From: Mustelus asterias
Lineage: Eukaryota
Reading direction: 5' to 3'
Length of the DNA: 64,000 bases
NCBI RefSeq assembly: GCF_964213995.1
Contig: NC_135808.1
Span: forward strand, 57,226,001 to 57,290,000
This document shows positions 25,706 to 38,565 of this stretch, in pieces (the first letter of the stretch is position 1; the number at the start of each line of letters is the position of its first letter). The position numbers were made by a program, and so were the translations under genes. The notes below the pieces were generated by a model that searched no databases, had not been told where the DNA came from, and was given only the letters and a program-made list of their open reading frames with translations.

Positions 25706-26105
25706 ATGACCTATCCTTCATTGTAGTTTCTTTGATCTCAGAATACACTGACATGTACAGATCAACAAGTGATATTTGGAGTGATCGTAGATCATGTGCA
25801 GCTTGGTTACATGAGTAACAACTCATTCTGGTTTGCCATTGGAATCTGTTTAGAGCACTGCATAGGATTGCCTCACTGTCTCACTCTCCTAGTGGCCTAT
25901 CCTCCCCTCTGTCTCGCTTAATGATTGGTTAATCCTACTCACTGTCTGAATCACAACACGCCCACCACTCCTCGGTCACTGCTTGCTGTCTCGCTCTCCC
26001 AGTAGTTACTCCTCACCGCCTCAATTAGCTGTACCAGTGGTCAGTCGCAGCTGGTGATGTTTTTGATCAATGAGGTACAGCTATACATGACTAACCAAGC
26101 CATGA

Positions 26106-26253
26106 GGGTGGCATCGTGACATAATGGTTAGCACTGCTGCCTCACAGTGCTAGGGACCTGGGTTTGATTCCCAGCTTAGGTCTCTGTCTGTGTGGAATCT
26201 GCACATTCTCCCTGTGTCTGCGTGGGTTTCCTCCAGTGCTCCAGTTTTGTCCC
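26106..26253 (+). mobile_element. HE1/V-SINE 5' half
   Basis: tRNA head and start of V-domain, cut by the adjacent insertion. Confidence 0.8.
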
Positions 26254-26254
26254 A

Positions 26255-27353
26255 AATTGCAATTCTCCTAATAGCGGGTTGGTCTTCCCGCTGGCAGGTG
26301 GCGCAAATGCCATTTGCATTTTATGAATGCTTATTAAAACAGCTGTCTGTTGGTAGCCCATCAGGTCAGCGTGTGTCACGCCAGTGAGAAATCGCGTCGC
26401 TGGTAAAACCCGATTGCTAAAGAGTGGCGTGTACTAGGCAGTCCTCGGTTGCTAAGAGACTTTGTTGTGAGTGCAACAAAGTTTTTTTGCCATAGTGCTG
26501 TGCTGCTCCTGGTGTGCTCCCCAACACTCTGCTGGGGCAGACTGGTTCCTGCCCTCAGCTCCGTGCTGAGTTGGTCTTTGCAGACAGCACCATGCTGTTG
26601 GATAAATGGACCATGGTGTGTCACCGTCACCAGTACTGTGCCTAGGGTTCGGGAGTATAGGAGCTCCTTCCCCCGCTGGTGCCCTGGTGCCACACACCAG
26701 TGTCTCTCTGACACTACTGTGCTCACAACACATATCACTGCGACAAATGTTCAAGGTTTGGGGTGGGGGGCACGTGATGAAGACAAGGGGGGCAACGCAG
26801 AAGGAGCATGGGATATGGCAAGGGCTCACGATGGCAGGCAGAGGAGTAAGGAGATGGATAAAGAAGATAAACAATGGAAGGCAGAGGGAAGACTGAGGGA
26901 TCCCAACAAGGCTGCAAAAGTAGCTCACAAACAAGTAGGGGGAGGGATGGGGGGGGGGTCAAAGGGATACCACATGGTTTACTGGAAGGGAATGGATGAA
27001 AACTCAACAAAGTGGTGGGTCCGAGGTCCAAGTGGGGCAGGGGTAGCTCGCGGATGATGAACGTGAGGAAGAAGGTGGTTGAATTGAGGAACCGACGTTC
27101 TCTTGAGGCTGCTAGCCTTTTCCCTCTGGGTTGCTGACATCCTGCACGGTCTGGTGAAGGCAGGTGGGTTGGAGAGAGTGAGAGGAGTGTGTGGACTGGT
27201 ATTTAAATAGGATGACGGGACCTTTGAAACTGTCAGCTGAGGCATAGCGGACAAATCAGCTGCCAACTGAATCTAGTGCAGGCTCCCACTATTCTGGTAG
27301 GCTGGACAGGCGGAGCTGGAACCGCTTGCCATCCGAATGGGAGAGTTCTGCCC
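26255..27353. mobile_element. internally deleted PIF/Harbinger-like transposon remnant
   Basis: ends gcaattctcc / gggagagttctgccc resemble TIRs of 3312-4201 and 35592-35876; GC-rich; truncates an HE1 SINE. Confidence 0.5.
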
Positions 27354-29090
27354 AATATGTTTGTATGTAGATGTGTGTGTTGTTGCCATTGGAATTTTTA
27401 ACTCAATTTTTAACCCAGCAGCAAGCTCTTGTGTGTTTAAATATGAGGAAGGTTGTTTTACTTCTTACATGCTTGCCACGGACGTTACAAAAAACCCAGT
27501 CACTCTTGCATATCACCACATGAACACACAATTAGATACAGATGAAGATAAAACCGGTATTTATAAAAGTGAAATTTATCTCTGCCTCTCTTTTGTCACA
27601 GGCCTGATTGACGTTTCTTAGTTGAGTTGATGCTTTAGCTGGTGTGAAGGTCTTGGTAAGCAGAGATTTCTCAGTAGCTGCGAAGGTTCCGATAGTTGGT
27701 CTCGGGTGAACTTGAAGTTGGAACAGAATTTCCGAGAATCCTACTTTCCTTTCCCAACATTGCTGTTGGGTACCTTGGCTGCTTAGTTGACTGCACAGGT
27801 CTGATGGCTTTTGTTGGTGTTTCATGCCATTGATAGAGTTTTGTTGGAAGTCTGCTGTTATGTTTTAAAAGGAAGGAACAAGGTCTTAATTGTGACCTTG
27901 TATCAAGCGCCATGTTATTGTCCGAATAAGGTGGTGTGTCAATTTGATAAGCATTCTAGCTGTTGCTTTTCACAGCTGTGGTTTCAGGCAGCCAATGGCC
28001 TTAGTGCTTGAAGGGCAGACCATCATATTACAATGAGGTGTTTTGTTTGCCTTTTTGGAGATGGGAACTTTTGTTTTGCTGTGAGTTGTCATATTCCAGA
28101 ATGCACTGTCATTTTTAAAATGCTCCCTGGTCTTGATCCTTCATCTCTCTGTAACCTCTTTCTGAGCCTTTTATAAGTCAGGCCCAGGACTGGGCCTACT
28201 GAACTGTAGTCACAGGCAGGGACTAGTGTGTATATAGTAGTGTGTATACAGAGTTGTGGTTTTACTTTATATTCTGTAATCACTATTTTTCTTTCCAGTC
28301 GGGCTACCTGAGTCATTACAGGCTCCTTAAAACCTATGTTTTTGACTAAATGTTTTTGTTTAGCTGTCTCAATATCTCGCTATGTGGTTTATTGTCAAAT
28401 ATTGTTTGTTAATACTCTGTGAAGCATCTTGGAATGTTTTGCAGTGTCAAGGGTACCAAATAAATGCTGGTTGTTGAAAGGCTGATAGAAACAAATTAAA
28501 TAGTGGCTTTCTACAGGGAATTGGATATACCCTTGAAGGGGGAAATTTGAGGGCTATGGGAGAAGATCCAGAGCGAGATTAACATGGAGGTCCAAGGTTG
28601 CCAACAATGTCTTGGAGTATGGTCCCTGAAGATAGAGAGAGATGGGGAAGAGTGGATCAGAGGAGCTAATTGGACAGCTCTAACAGAGTATAATGGGCTA
28701 AGTGGTCACCTCTTGTGCAGTCAGAGTCTATGATTTCTATAAACTCCAAGTGATCACTGTTCCTCATTATTTCATTCTGAATGTGGTCACTCCTTGTCAT
28801 CTCACTCTATCAGTGGTCACTCCTCCTCACTGGCTCAGTTGGTAGCTGCTGTGACCCTTGTTGATTTGCATAGTGGGGACAGGAATGAACTTGCCTTGTC
28901 CTTTTGGCCTGATAGTCTTCTAGACTGTCATTGGACAGATGACCACTTGAGTGAGCTTGAGATGCTGGATTATTGCCAACATCCAGAAAAACGAAGCCCA
29001 GAAAAAGCTGCATCTTTGAGAGAGGAAAACCTTGGATGGAGTGTGGGCGGGTCAGAGAAAAGCTAGTTGATCTCTGGGTATATGCACAGC

Positions 29091-29152
29091 CATGATATGG
29101 AGATACCGGCGTTGGATTGGGGTAAGCACAGTAAGAAGTCTCAAAACACCAA
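29091..29152 (-). mobile_element. Penelope family 1 extreme 3' end fragment
   Basis: catgatatggagataccggcgttggattggggtaagcacagtaagaagtctc matches the 52953 terminus. Confidence 0.75.
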
Positions 29153-29774
29153 GCAGCCCACACAACCAAACTGGTGTGCAAAATTCTCCTTGGAGGAGCA
29201 AGAGTGTTAAGCAGGCACCTGTTTCACTATCGTTTCTTTTACTCGGATTCCCAAGGCGAATTTCACCTTGTTCATTTTCAATGATTCATGGTCTTGTCAG
29301 AATTGGAAATAATTAGGACAGCTTTATACCCACGCTGCTGGGTTGCCCTGTTTACCTTCCCACCAAAATTCTTCACTTTGCCTCTTGAAAAGAAAGGCAA
29401 GGTCAGTTGACCTTTGCTATGAAGCTGTAACTAAAGTAACGAGCTCCTTGCAATACTCCGAACCACAAAAGGGGGGTACCAGAAGGTAGGGTGGTGCCAG
29501 GGGTGGGGCAGTAATATGGGTGGGGCCTTGTGCAGGTGGTGCCTGGGGAGGAGTGGGGGCTCTCTTGAGCGGTGCCTGGGGCGCTCTGGTGTTGAACTCC
29601 CAATACCATTAAGCGATAGATCAATCACAGAATTGCAGAGCAAGCTTGAAGATGCTCCATATTTTCTAAGACTAGCTATTCTCATCTGACAAAGCTCTCA
29701 GTCTAGGTTTCTTGGGAATTTTTTTCTCCATTGCTATCTTTAAACATCATCTCTTGTTTCCTTTCTCATTACAG

Positions 29775-29878
29775 CAATGAGTTTGAAGATGGGGAAATTG
29801 ATCATGACATCAGTCTGGCTGACATGTACAGATGGAAGGTATCAGCGTACGCGCCCTGCAGTTCCACATGTACCACAG
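29775..29878 (+). CDS. ADAMTSL2: ADAMTSL2-like exon F: start of TSR array
   Basis: cattacag|C...ACAG|gtgcct; NEFEDGEIDHDISLADMYRWKVSAYAPCSSTCTT(G); ADMYRWK..PCS.TCTTG is characteristic of ADAMTSL2. Confidence 0.92.
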
Positions 29879-30448
29879 GTGCCTTTGGAAACCCTACAGC
29901 CCTTCACTTCTACAAGTACAGGGCCATGATTCTTTTACTCAGTTGGAGTATGGGGTGTGGGTGGGAGGGGTGATGTTAAAGCAGAGGGGATTAACACATG
30001 CATTGGAAACATTCACCCCTTCTTGAAGAGTGTCACCAAACATATGAGACATTAGCCATTATCCACGAGTTGGTCACGAGATTTGATCCGTCGGTGTGAC
30101 ACCAGATTGAAATGTTCTGTTTTCTTCTTCCGTTGGGGGAGACAGTCCATTTATTTTCGGAATTGCAATTCTCCAAGTTGCCAAAATCCCAGAATATTGC
30201 AGGCTCTGCATGTTTCAAATCGCTGACTCTGGATCCACCTGGGAGCATCCTCCTGAGCTGTGCTGACTGGCACCCTGAGGCTGGCAGTGCCATGTTCAGC
30301 TTGCCATGAGGATGCTTTCAGTGTGACCCCTTCTCCTTCCATAAATATCTATTGCTGTCACAGAAAAACTGGCGCAAGAGTGCAATGCAGTGGGTGCAGA
30401 AGGAAATCTCATGAAGCTCAGACCAAGATCACGGGCTTTTAGATTCAT

Positions 30449-30657
30449 CACAGTAAGAAGTCTCACACCAGGTTAAAGTCCAACAGGTTTAATTTGCAGC
30501 ACAAGCTTTCAGAATGTCACTCCTTCTTCAGATGACTCACCTGAAGAAGGAGTGACACTCCGAAAGCTTGTGCTGCCAGATAAATCTGTTGGACTTTAAC
30601 CGGGTGTTGCGAGACTTCTTACTGTGCTTACCCGAGTCCAACGCCGGCATCTCCACA
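30449..30657 (+). mobile_element. palindromic Penelope-derived short element (family 1)
   Basis: inverted arms around ~30533; TSD ttttagatt(c/a)at at 30437-30448 and 30658-30669. Confidence 0.85.
30538..30572 (+). ncRNA. minimal hammerhead ribozyme motif (PLE family 1 variant)
   Basis: CAC-CUGAAGA-A-GGAGU gac ACUCC-GAAA-GC-UU-GUG. Confidence 0.75.
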
Positions 30658-31070
30658 TTTTAGATTAATGCCACAGCTCTGGACTGCAGCAGCTTGTATT
30701 TATATCACACGCTCCATGTTCTGTGGGTATTTAAAGTGCCTCACAGCTAATCAATTGCGTCTGAAGTGTAATCGGTGTTGAAATGTGGCAGCCAGATTTT
30801 ACTACTTGTGGGAGCTTGCTGTGCATCAAGCTAATCACTAGATGATCTGTTTCAGTGATGCTGATTTGAGGGATACATTTTTGCCTGAAAACCTTTCAGA
30901 AGTCAGAGACCCTCACCTTAATAGTGCCATGGGGTTTTCCCTGCCCACCTCAGAGGCGAGATGGAAAATCAGTCTGAAAGGCAGCAGCCCTGTGACCCCT
31001 GCGCACAGCAAGTCATTCCTCCCCCCCCTCCCCCCCCCCACCCGCCCACACCCACCTGCCCCCCCCCCCC

Positions 31071-31857
31071 CCCCGTGCGGCGGGTCGTTGCCCCCCCCCC
31101 CCCCGTGCGGCGGGTCGTTGCCCCCCCCCCCCCCGTGCGGCGGGTCGTTGCCCCTCGCCCCCGTGCGGCGGGTCGTTGCCCCTCGCCCCCGTGCGGCGGG
31201 TCGTTGCCCCTCGCCCCCGTGCGGCGGGTCGTTGCCCCTCGCCCCCGTGCGGCGGGTCGTTGCCCCTCGCCCCCGTGCGGCGGGTCGTTGCCCCTCGCCC
31301 CCGTGCGGCGGGTCGTTGCCCCTCGCCCCCGTGCGGCGGGTCGTTGCCCCTCGCCCCCGTGCGGCGGGTCGTTGCCCCTCGCCCCCGTGCGGCGGGTCGT
31401 TGCCCCTCGCCCCCGTGCGGCGGGTCGTTGCCCCTCGCCCCCGTGCGGCGGGTCGTTGCCCCTCGCCCCCGTGCGGCGGGTCGTTGCCCCTCGCCCCCGT
31501 GCGGCGGGTCGTTGCCCCTCGCCCCCGTGCGGCGGGTCGTTGCCCCTCGCCCCCGTGCGGCGGGTCGTTGCCCCTCGCCCCCGTGCGGCGGGTCGTTGCC
31601 CCTCGCCCCCGTGCGGCGGGCCGTTGCCCCTCGCCCCCCGTGCGGCGGGCCGTTGCCCCTCGCCCCCCCGTGCGGCGGGCCGTTGCCCCTCGCCCCCCCG
31701 TGCGGCGGGTCATTGCCCCTCGCCCCCCCGTGCGGCGGGTCATTGCCCCTCGCCCCCCCGTGCGGCGGGTCATTGCCCCTCGGCCCCCGTGCGGCGGGTC
31801 ATTGCCCCTCGGCCCCCGTGCGGCGGGTCATTGCCCCTCGCCCCCGTGCGGCGGGTC
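31071..31857. repeat. GC/CpG-rich minisatellite, 28 bp unit, roughly 27-28 copies
   Basis: unit ccccgtgcggcgggtcgttgcccctcgc; ORF periodicity of 28 aa equals 3 units. Confidence 0.97.
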
Positions 31858-32560
31858 AGCACACACCCCCTCCCCTAGCAGCAAAGCATTCCCCCAGTAC
31901 TCTATTGACCTGTCAACTTTAGCTTCCTTCTGAATTTTGGATGAGACAGGTGGGGAGGGGATATTGGGAACGAAATTCCACTGAATCCCTGCTTTTGTGC
32001 AAGTTGGTAAGAATGTGGAACCCGCTCCCACGCGGAGTAGTCGAGACACCTTTTAAAGCGAAGCTGGATGAACACGAGGGAGGAAGGAATAAAAGGTTAT
32101 GTTGATCAGGCAAGAGGAAATGAGGTGGGAGGAAGCTCGTGTGAAACATAAACATCATCACAGAGCAATTTGTCTGATTGGTCTGTTTCTGTGCTGTTAA
32201 TTCTCAGTAATGTAGTTGCGTGGATACTGTGATCTGGGGTGAGCCAAGTTCTGAACAGCTTTTTTGATTTTAGCCCATGTTCGGTCTGAATCGGAGGGAG
32301 ACAGACGGTGGGTGGGGAGTTACAGCAGCTGCTCAAATGGTCAGAGCCAGCAGGTGGCAGCACTGCAGACTGAACTGTGTCGCCCTCCTGTTTATGTTAC
32401 ACAGCCAGATCGCAACTGCACAGAATCCACAACAGATGTGACCTGGCATGAAACAGAAAAAGATTACTTGTGATTTACCTCCGCTAACTGTGTCCATGAT
32501 GGCCAGTGAGCCTCGGATCAGCTGGTCCCTTTCCCTGCTTTGATTAATTTCCTATTTATT

Positions 32561-32911
32561 TATAGGATCTTTACAGTGCAGAAGGAGGCCTTTCAGCCCA
32601 TCGAGTCTGCACCGACTCCGCAGAGCATCTTACCCAGGCCCATCCCACCTGTCCTATCTTTGTATCCCCATGCATTTACCATAGGCAATCTACACACCTT
32701 TGGACACTTAAGGAGCAATTTACCATAGACAATCCACCTAACCTGCATGTCTTTGGACTGTGTGGGGGGAAACTGGAGCGCTCCGAGGAAACTCACGCAG
32801 ACATGGGGAGAGCGTGCAAACCCCACACAGTCAGTCCCCAAGGCTGTAATTAATCCTGGATCCCTGGTACTGTGAGGCAACTGTGCTAATCACTGTGTCA
32901 CCGTGCCGCCC
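32561..32911 (-). mobile_element. HE1/V-SINE, diverged full length
   Basis: homologous to 16463-16805. Confidence 0.85.
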
Positions 32912-34039
32912 TATATTTGGAGATAAGGGGCTGGATTTTTCTCTTTGGCTTGGGAAGCACAAGTCCGCTCCCCCCAAAGGCCCCTCATATCTTCAGGTCT
33001 CCTCCAGATGTATCCTTCATGTCCACTCACCCAGAATCTACTATGTACAAAACTCACAAGCCTTCGAATAACACTGGGAATCTTTTTTAATTTCCTGAGT
33101 ATTTCGATCACCTAATCAAACACACAGCCATTGAAACTTCTTTGAAAAAACACATCTCAAGTGCTCATTAATCTGTCAAAATAAACAAACATTCAAAAAA
33201 CCCTTCAAAATATTTAATCCTATTATTTGCTCATAAATCTGTCAGTCACACAAAGCACATAGTCCTTTCATGTGTAAATAGCTACTGCAGAGCTCGATAC
33301 ATTAGTTGGACTTGGAGCTCAGCCAAGCAGCTATGACGGGATTACATTATGCAGCTGATTAAACAGACGCTGCACAGCTCAATACAGTCAACTCTTTGGG
33401 GGGGGGGAAAAAAGGAAGCCGATGGCTAGACATCTGATATCATGGACCTTCAAAGGTGCAATGGTGTTTTAGTCAGGGAAGTCGAGCAACTGTTTTTTTT
33501 CGAAGTCTGAAAAGATCTTTGAATTTTAAATCATTAGAATAAACCACAGTGTCTATATGTCCCATTTTAATTAGATTCCTAATGACGTTGAATGCATAAG
33601 AGCATTTTATCCAACAGGTAATGTACTTTAATGCATGTGAACATCTCTCAATTCTGGTCAGTTTAATGTTCACTTTTAAGGACTCAGCCCTCCAATCAAT
33701 CACTGCATTTAAAATATACTTAAATTATCATGGGCCATTATGTTAGGATATTTGAAGTTGGCAACAACTTTTAAACTTACCTGTCAAAAGCTCCTGACTC
33801 CGAATCTCGCTTCGCCCAAGGTATGCAAATTGGCTTACCCGGCTCCCACAGGCTTCGGGAATCCACCCGACTTGACGCAAATACCGATGTCAGGGCAATT
33901 AGAATTTACAGCAAGATTTTAAATATCAATCTCAACATCACGTTCCATGAGCATTGGACTGTGATGCTCCATGCTTCCCACTCTGTCAAAAAAATTGGGC
34001 TCATTGGGAGTTGGAGATAAGTTTAAAATTGTGACCACA

Positions 34040-34310
34040 CATAGAAATCATAGAAAGAAATCATAGAAACCCTACAGTACAGAAAGAGGCCATTCGGCCC
34101 ATCGAGTCTGCACCGACCACAATCCCACCCAGGCCCTACCCCCACATATTTACCCACTAATCTCTCTAACCTACACATCTCAGGACACTAAGGGGCAATT
34201 TTTAGCATGGCCAATCAATCTAACCCGCACATCTTTGGACTGTGGGAGGAAACCGGAGCACCCGGAGGAAACCCACGCAGACACGAGGAGAATGTGCAAA
34301 CTCCACACAG
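34040..34310 (-). mobile_element. HE1/V-SINE, 5'-truncated
   Basis: nearly identical to 16463-16720; repeated atagaaatc tail. Confidence 0.88.
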
Positions 34311-34689
34311 CATTCTCCACACAGTACTCCACACATCTCAAGCTTGAGCCTGCTGATGCAGGTTTGATCAGTATCCGGCCCAAGTTGAGGTTTTTGGTGA
34401 AGGATCATGAAGAAGCTGGCACAATTGAATGCTCTATCACCTTTGATAAAGTAAAAATAAGGTTTATTTATTAGTCAAAAGTAGACTTGCATTCACATTG
34501 CAATGAAGTTAATGTAAAAATGTGTCTATGAATGTGAATTGAGATTCCATGTGATTTTTGCGCATATGTGGGAAAGGATGTCACCATTGGACAGCAATCC
34601 TGAAAAAGTATTTACCACCTTCATTACTTTGGGCAGGTTACTTGTACCAAAGGGCATCAATAATTCAGCAACTGACATAGAAAGAAAGA

Positions 34690-35205
34690 CTCTGCATTTA
34701 TATAACCCTTTTTAAGGTCTCTGATGCCTCAAAGCACTTCCAGCCAATGAAGTACTTGGAATGTGGGAAATGCGGCAGCCGCTTTGTGCACAGCAAGCTC
34801 CCACAAACAGCATTGTGCTAATTGCTCATCTGTGTTTCCCACAATATTAAAGCCCATCACCTCCTGCAAACCAGAGCTCAGCCTAACCATACCTCCCAAG
34901 ACCATTTAATTATTCCACTAATCACAGCCAGAGTAACTGCACTTTCCACTGACTATCTGTTTTCGTGGTGTTGGTTAAGAGATAAATATTAGCGAGGACA
35001 CCAGGGAGAACGTCTCTTCCTTGAGATGGTGCCATAGGATTTAACATCCTCCTGAGGGACTTCCGGGATTCTCTGACTGTACAGAACCCCCTCAGTACGG
35101 CACTGGTTGTCAGCCTGGATTAGGTGCTCAAATTTCTGGAGTGGGGCTTGAATCCATAACCTTTGACTCTGAGGCTAGAGGGCTCCCCACTGAGCCACGG
35201 CTCTC
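34690..35205 (-). mobile_element. Deu-domain SINE (SacSINE1/AmnSINE-like), diverged
   Basis: minus strand gctgtttgtgggagcttgctgtgcacaaagcggctgccgcatttcccaca...aagtacttcattggctg. Confidence 0.7.
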
Positions 35206-35288
35206 ATCAGAAATAAGGTTCTTAATATAATTGGTACAAGGCTGATGAAACAATATCTAGTGAACTGTAATCCTCTCCCTCCCTACAG

Positions 35289-35415
35289 GCATTACCACTT
35301 CTTATGCTATGTGTGTCAGGTACGATGGAGTGGAGGTGGATGAGTCTCACTGTGATGCAGTTACCAGGCCCGAGCCAACGCATGAATTTTGTACAGGAAG
35401 GGAATGTCCTCCCAG
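35289..35415 (+). CDS. ADAMTSL2: ADAMTSL2-like exon G: TSR
   Basis: ccctacag|GC...CCCAG|gtaagt; [41 protein letters not shown](R). Confidence 0.95.
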
Positions 35416-35591
35416 GTAAGTGAGCTGGGTGACTTTTCAAGTGTGGTGCAGACGTGTTTAAAGGCACAGACCCTGTGCTTGGGCTATTGGTTTGAAACCT
35501 GCTTCTGCGAATACATAAGAAATAAGAGCAGGATTAGTCCGCACAGCTCATCAAACTGCTCCACCATTCAATAAGGTACATAGAAACATAT

Positions 35592-35876
35592 GGGGGATGA
35601 TTTTCCCAAAAAAGAAATCCTGAAGCCCAATGGGTGGGAAAATGGAAGATTTTCCCGCTTGTTTTTTGGACACACTTGGGTGACTTTCCGGCACTCTGTG
35701 CTTCAGAGTTCACTGGGGGATTCATGCCCAAGAGGTCAGCATCAGTGCGTGCTGGGAGATTGGCGCATACGCACTGGGCCCCCGATCGCCGGCCTCCTGA
35801 TGTCTTCTCCAAATTCCGCTACGGTACTCCCGCTGCGCTACTCAAGCAGCGCAGCGGGCCGGGAAAATCACGCCCA
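35592..35876. mobile_element. Harbinger-type MITE
   Basis: TIR gggggatgattttccc / gggaaaatcacgccc; CpG-rich interior. Confidence 0.7.
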
Positions 35877-35999
35877 TGAAATAGGACCAGAAGTAGGCCA
35901 ATCGGCCTCTCGGGTTTGCTCTGCCATTCAGTAAGTTCATGGGTGATCTGTTTGTATTTCAAATTCCACGTTCCTTCCCTTGCCTAACAAGAATCATAT

Positions 36000-37500
36000 C
36001 TACATTAACGTCACCATCCCAATTTGTTCCTATTTCCTTGATTTCTTCAGCGACCAAAAATCTTAGTTGTGAATATACTCATCAACTGAGCATTCACAGT
36101 CTCTAAGATAGAGAATTCCAAAATTTTCAACCCTCTGAGTTAAAACCTCAGTCCTAAATGGCTGACCTCTTACCCTGAAACTGTTCTTTAGGTCCAGATT
36201 CTCCAGCTGGGGGAAACAGCCTCTCAGCATCTATCCTGTTGGGTCATTAAGAATTTTGCAAGTTTCAATGATAACGCCTCTCGTTCTTCTAAACTCCAGG
36301 GAAGGTATTAAAGTGCTGCGGATGCTAGAATTGTGAAGTTAAAACAGAAAATCTTGGAAATACTCAGCAGTCGTATAGCATCAACGGAGAGAGAAGCAAG
36401 GTCGATGACCTTGTGTCAGAACCCAGAAAATATCGACCCATTCCATTCAGTCTCTCTTCATGGGGATATCCCTTTCATTCCAGAAATCAATCTTGACAAT
36501 CTTGTTGCATCCCCTTTAAGGCAAATACATCCCTACATGGGTAAGAAGATCAAACTGTACATCATTTCCCTATGTAATTATGGCAAGATTTCCTTGTTGC
36601 ACTCCAAACCCCTTGGAATAATGATGAACATAATATTTGCCTTCCGAATTGGTTGATGTATCTACATGTTAACTTTGTGATTCATGTGCAAGGAATCGCT
36701 GAATACCAACATTCACCAGTGCCTCACTTTAAATTTTTTTTTTCCCATTCTTCCTATTAAAATACGGTTGCCCACATTTTTGCAAGCTTTTTGCCCAGTC
36801 ACTTAACCTACCTGTGCCCTGTTCAGCCTCTTTGTGTCCTCCTCACAGCTTACTTTCTCACTTAGCCACTATCATCAGCAAACTTGCATATATTACACTC
36901 CTCCCCTTATCATTGATGTAAATTGTAAATGGTTTAGGCTCAAACACTGATCCTTGTAGAATCCCACTAGTTACATCCGGTGATCTCAAAAATGATCCTT
37001 GTATTGCTACTTTGTTTATTGTCCATTAACCAATCTTTAATCCACGCTAATACACTACACCTCCCAATCCCACGAGCCCCAAATTTGTTAACAAATTCTT
37101 GTATGGCACCTTCCCAATCCCGAGTCCCAAATTTGCTAACGTTCTTGCATTGTACCTTATCGAACACCTGCGAATCCAAACCTACCACACCTGTTCCCCC
37201 TCATCTAGCCTGCTAGTTACACTCTCAAAAATATATAATTGATTTGTAAAATACAATTTCCCTATCATAAAGCTATGATGACTTTGCCTAATCATATTGT
37301 AATTTCTAAGTGCCCTGTTACCACATCCTTAATAATAGATAGGTTCTAGTATTTTTCCTATTACCTGTGCCAGGTTAACTGGTTTACAGTTTCCTGTTAT
37401 CTCTTGCCCGATTGCATTTGTTACATTTCAATCCATGATTCTGGAATCTCGGTACTTTCGGAGATTAAAACCACTATCTCTGCAACCACGTCTTTTAAAA
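36000..37500 (-). mobile_element. old degenerate CR1 LINE
   Basis: remnants such as FDKV, LAWIKDWL and the minus-strand equivalent of KFADD (atcatcagcaaactt at ~36870). Confidence 0.65.
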
Positions 37501-38210
37501 TCTTGGGGTCCCAGTGAATGTGTTGGCTCTTAGCCTCACTAATTTCTGTAGTAATTTTTCCTGACTAATATTAATTACTTGAAATTCCTCATTCTCATTA
37601 TGCCCTTGATTTCACCACAAGGGCTGATATGTTCCTTGTGTCTTTAACTGTGATGACAGGCACAAAATCCTGTTTAACCTCCGATCTGTTTCCTTATTCC
37701 TAATTGCAGTTTCTCCTGGCTCTGCCCCTAAGGGACGCACACTTATTTTTGCTAATCTCTTCCCCATTACATACACGTTGAAGATCTTACCATCTGATCT
37801 TTTTGTGCTAGTCTACTCCAATTTTCAATTTTCTCCCTCTTTATCAATTTCTTGGTCATCGTTTGCTGATTTTTAAAAAACCCTCCCAATCCTTGGGCTG
37901 CTTCTTTTTGGCAACATTTTTTGTTGTCTTCTTTTCATCTGACCCTGTTCTCAACTTTGTGAGTCATGGCTGGACCATTTAACCACTAGAGCTTTTATTC
38001 ATCAAAGGAATACACATTCCATGAGAGTTATGGATTATTTTTAATTATTTACCATTGCTTATCTACAGTCACATTGCTAATAGCTACTAAATCAATACCT
38101 CCCAAACTATTTTCTAATCTGACCACATTTTAACATCTGAAAACTACTGTGACCCAGCAAACACACAACAGCAGTAATGCAGCATAATGCAGTAGACTGA
38201 ATGTTACTAT

Positions 38211-38565
38211 AAAATAATGAGGGGCATAGATCAGCCAGATAGTCAGTACCTTTTCCCAAAGATAGGGGAATCTAAAACTAGAGGGCATAGGTTTAAGGTG
38301 AGAGGGGAGAGATACAAAAGGGTCCAGAGGGGCAATTTTTTCCACAGAGGGTGGTGAGTGTCTGGAACAAGCTGCCAGAGGTGACAGCAGAGGCAGGTAC
38401 AATTTTGTCTTTTAAAAAGCATTTAGACAGTTACATGGGTAAGATGGTGTAGAGGGATATGGGCCAAATGCGGGCAATTGGGACTGGCTGAGTAGTTAAA
38501 AATTGGGTGGCATGGACAAGTTGGGCCATAGGGCCTGTTTCCATGCTGTAAACCTCTTTTTGACT
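38211..38565 (+). mobile_element. CR1 LINE 3' end
   Basis: near-identical to the reverse complement of 7640-7995. Confidence 0.88.

Noticed and set aside
27575-27625. Strong-looking splice acceptor (ctcttttgtcacag) between exons E and F
   Set aside because: Stops follow within a few codons in all three frames and no donor gives a coherent exon; E and F join directly.
30842-31933. Long Pro/Arg/Gly-rich ORFs (248-363 aa) on both strands
   Set aside because: Artefact of a stop-free GC-rich 28 bp tandem repeat; no splice or domain support.
32264-32473. Possible extra exon (PPVYVTQPDRNCTESTTDVTWHETEKDYL)
   Set aside because: Exons F and G already join in phase within one TSR; no convincing splice pair or homology.
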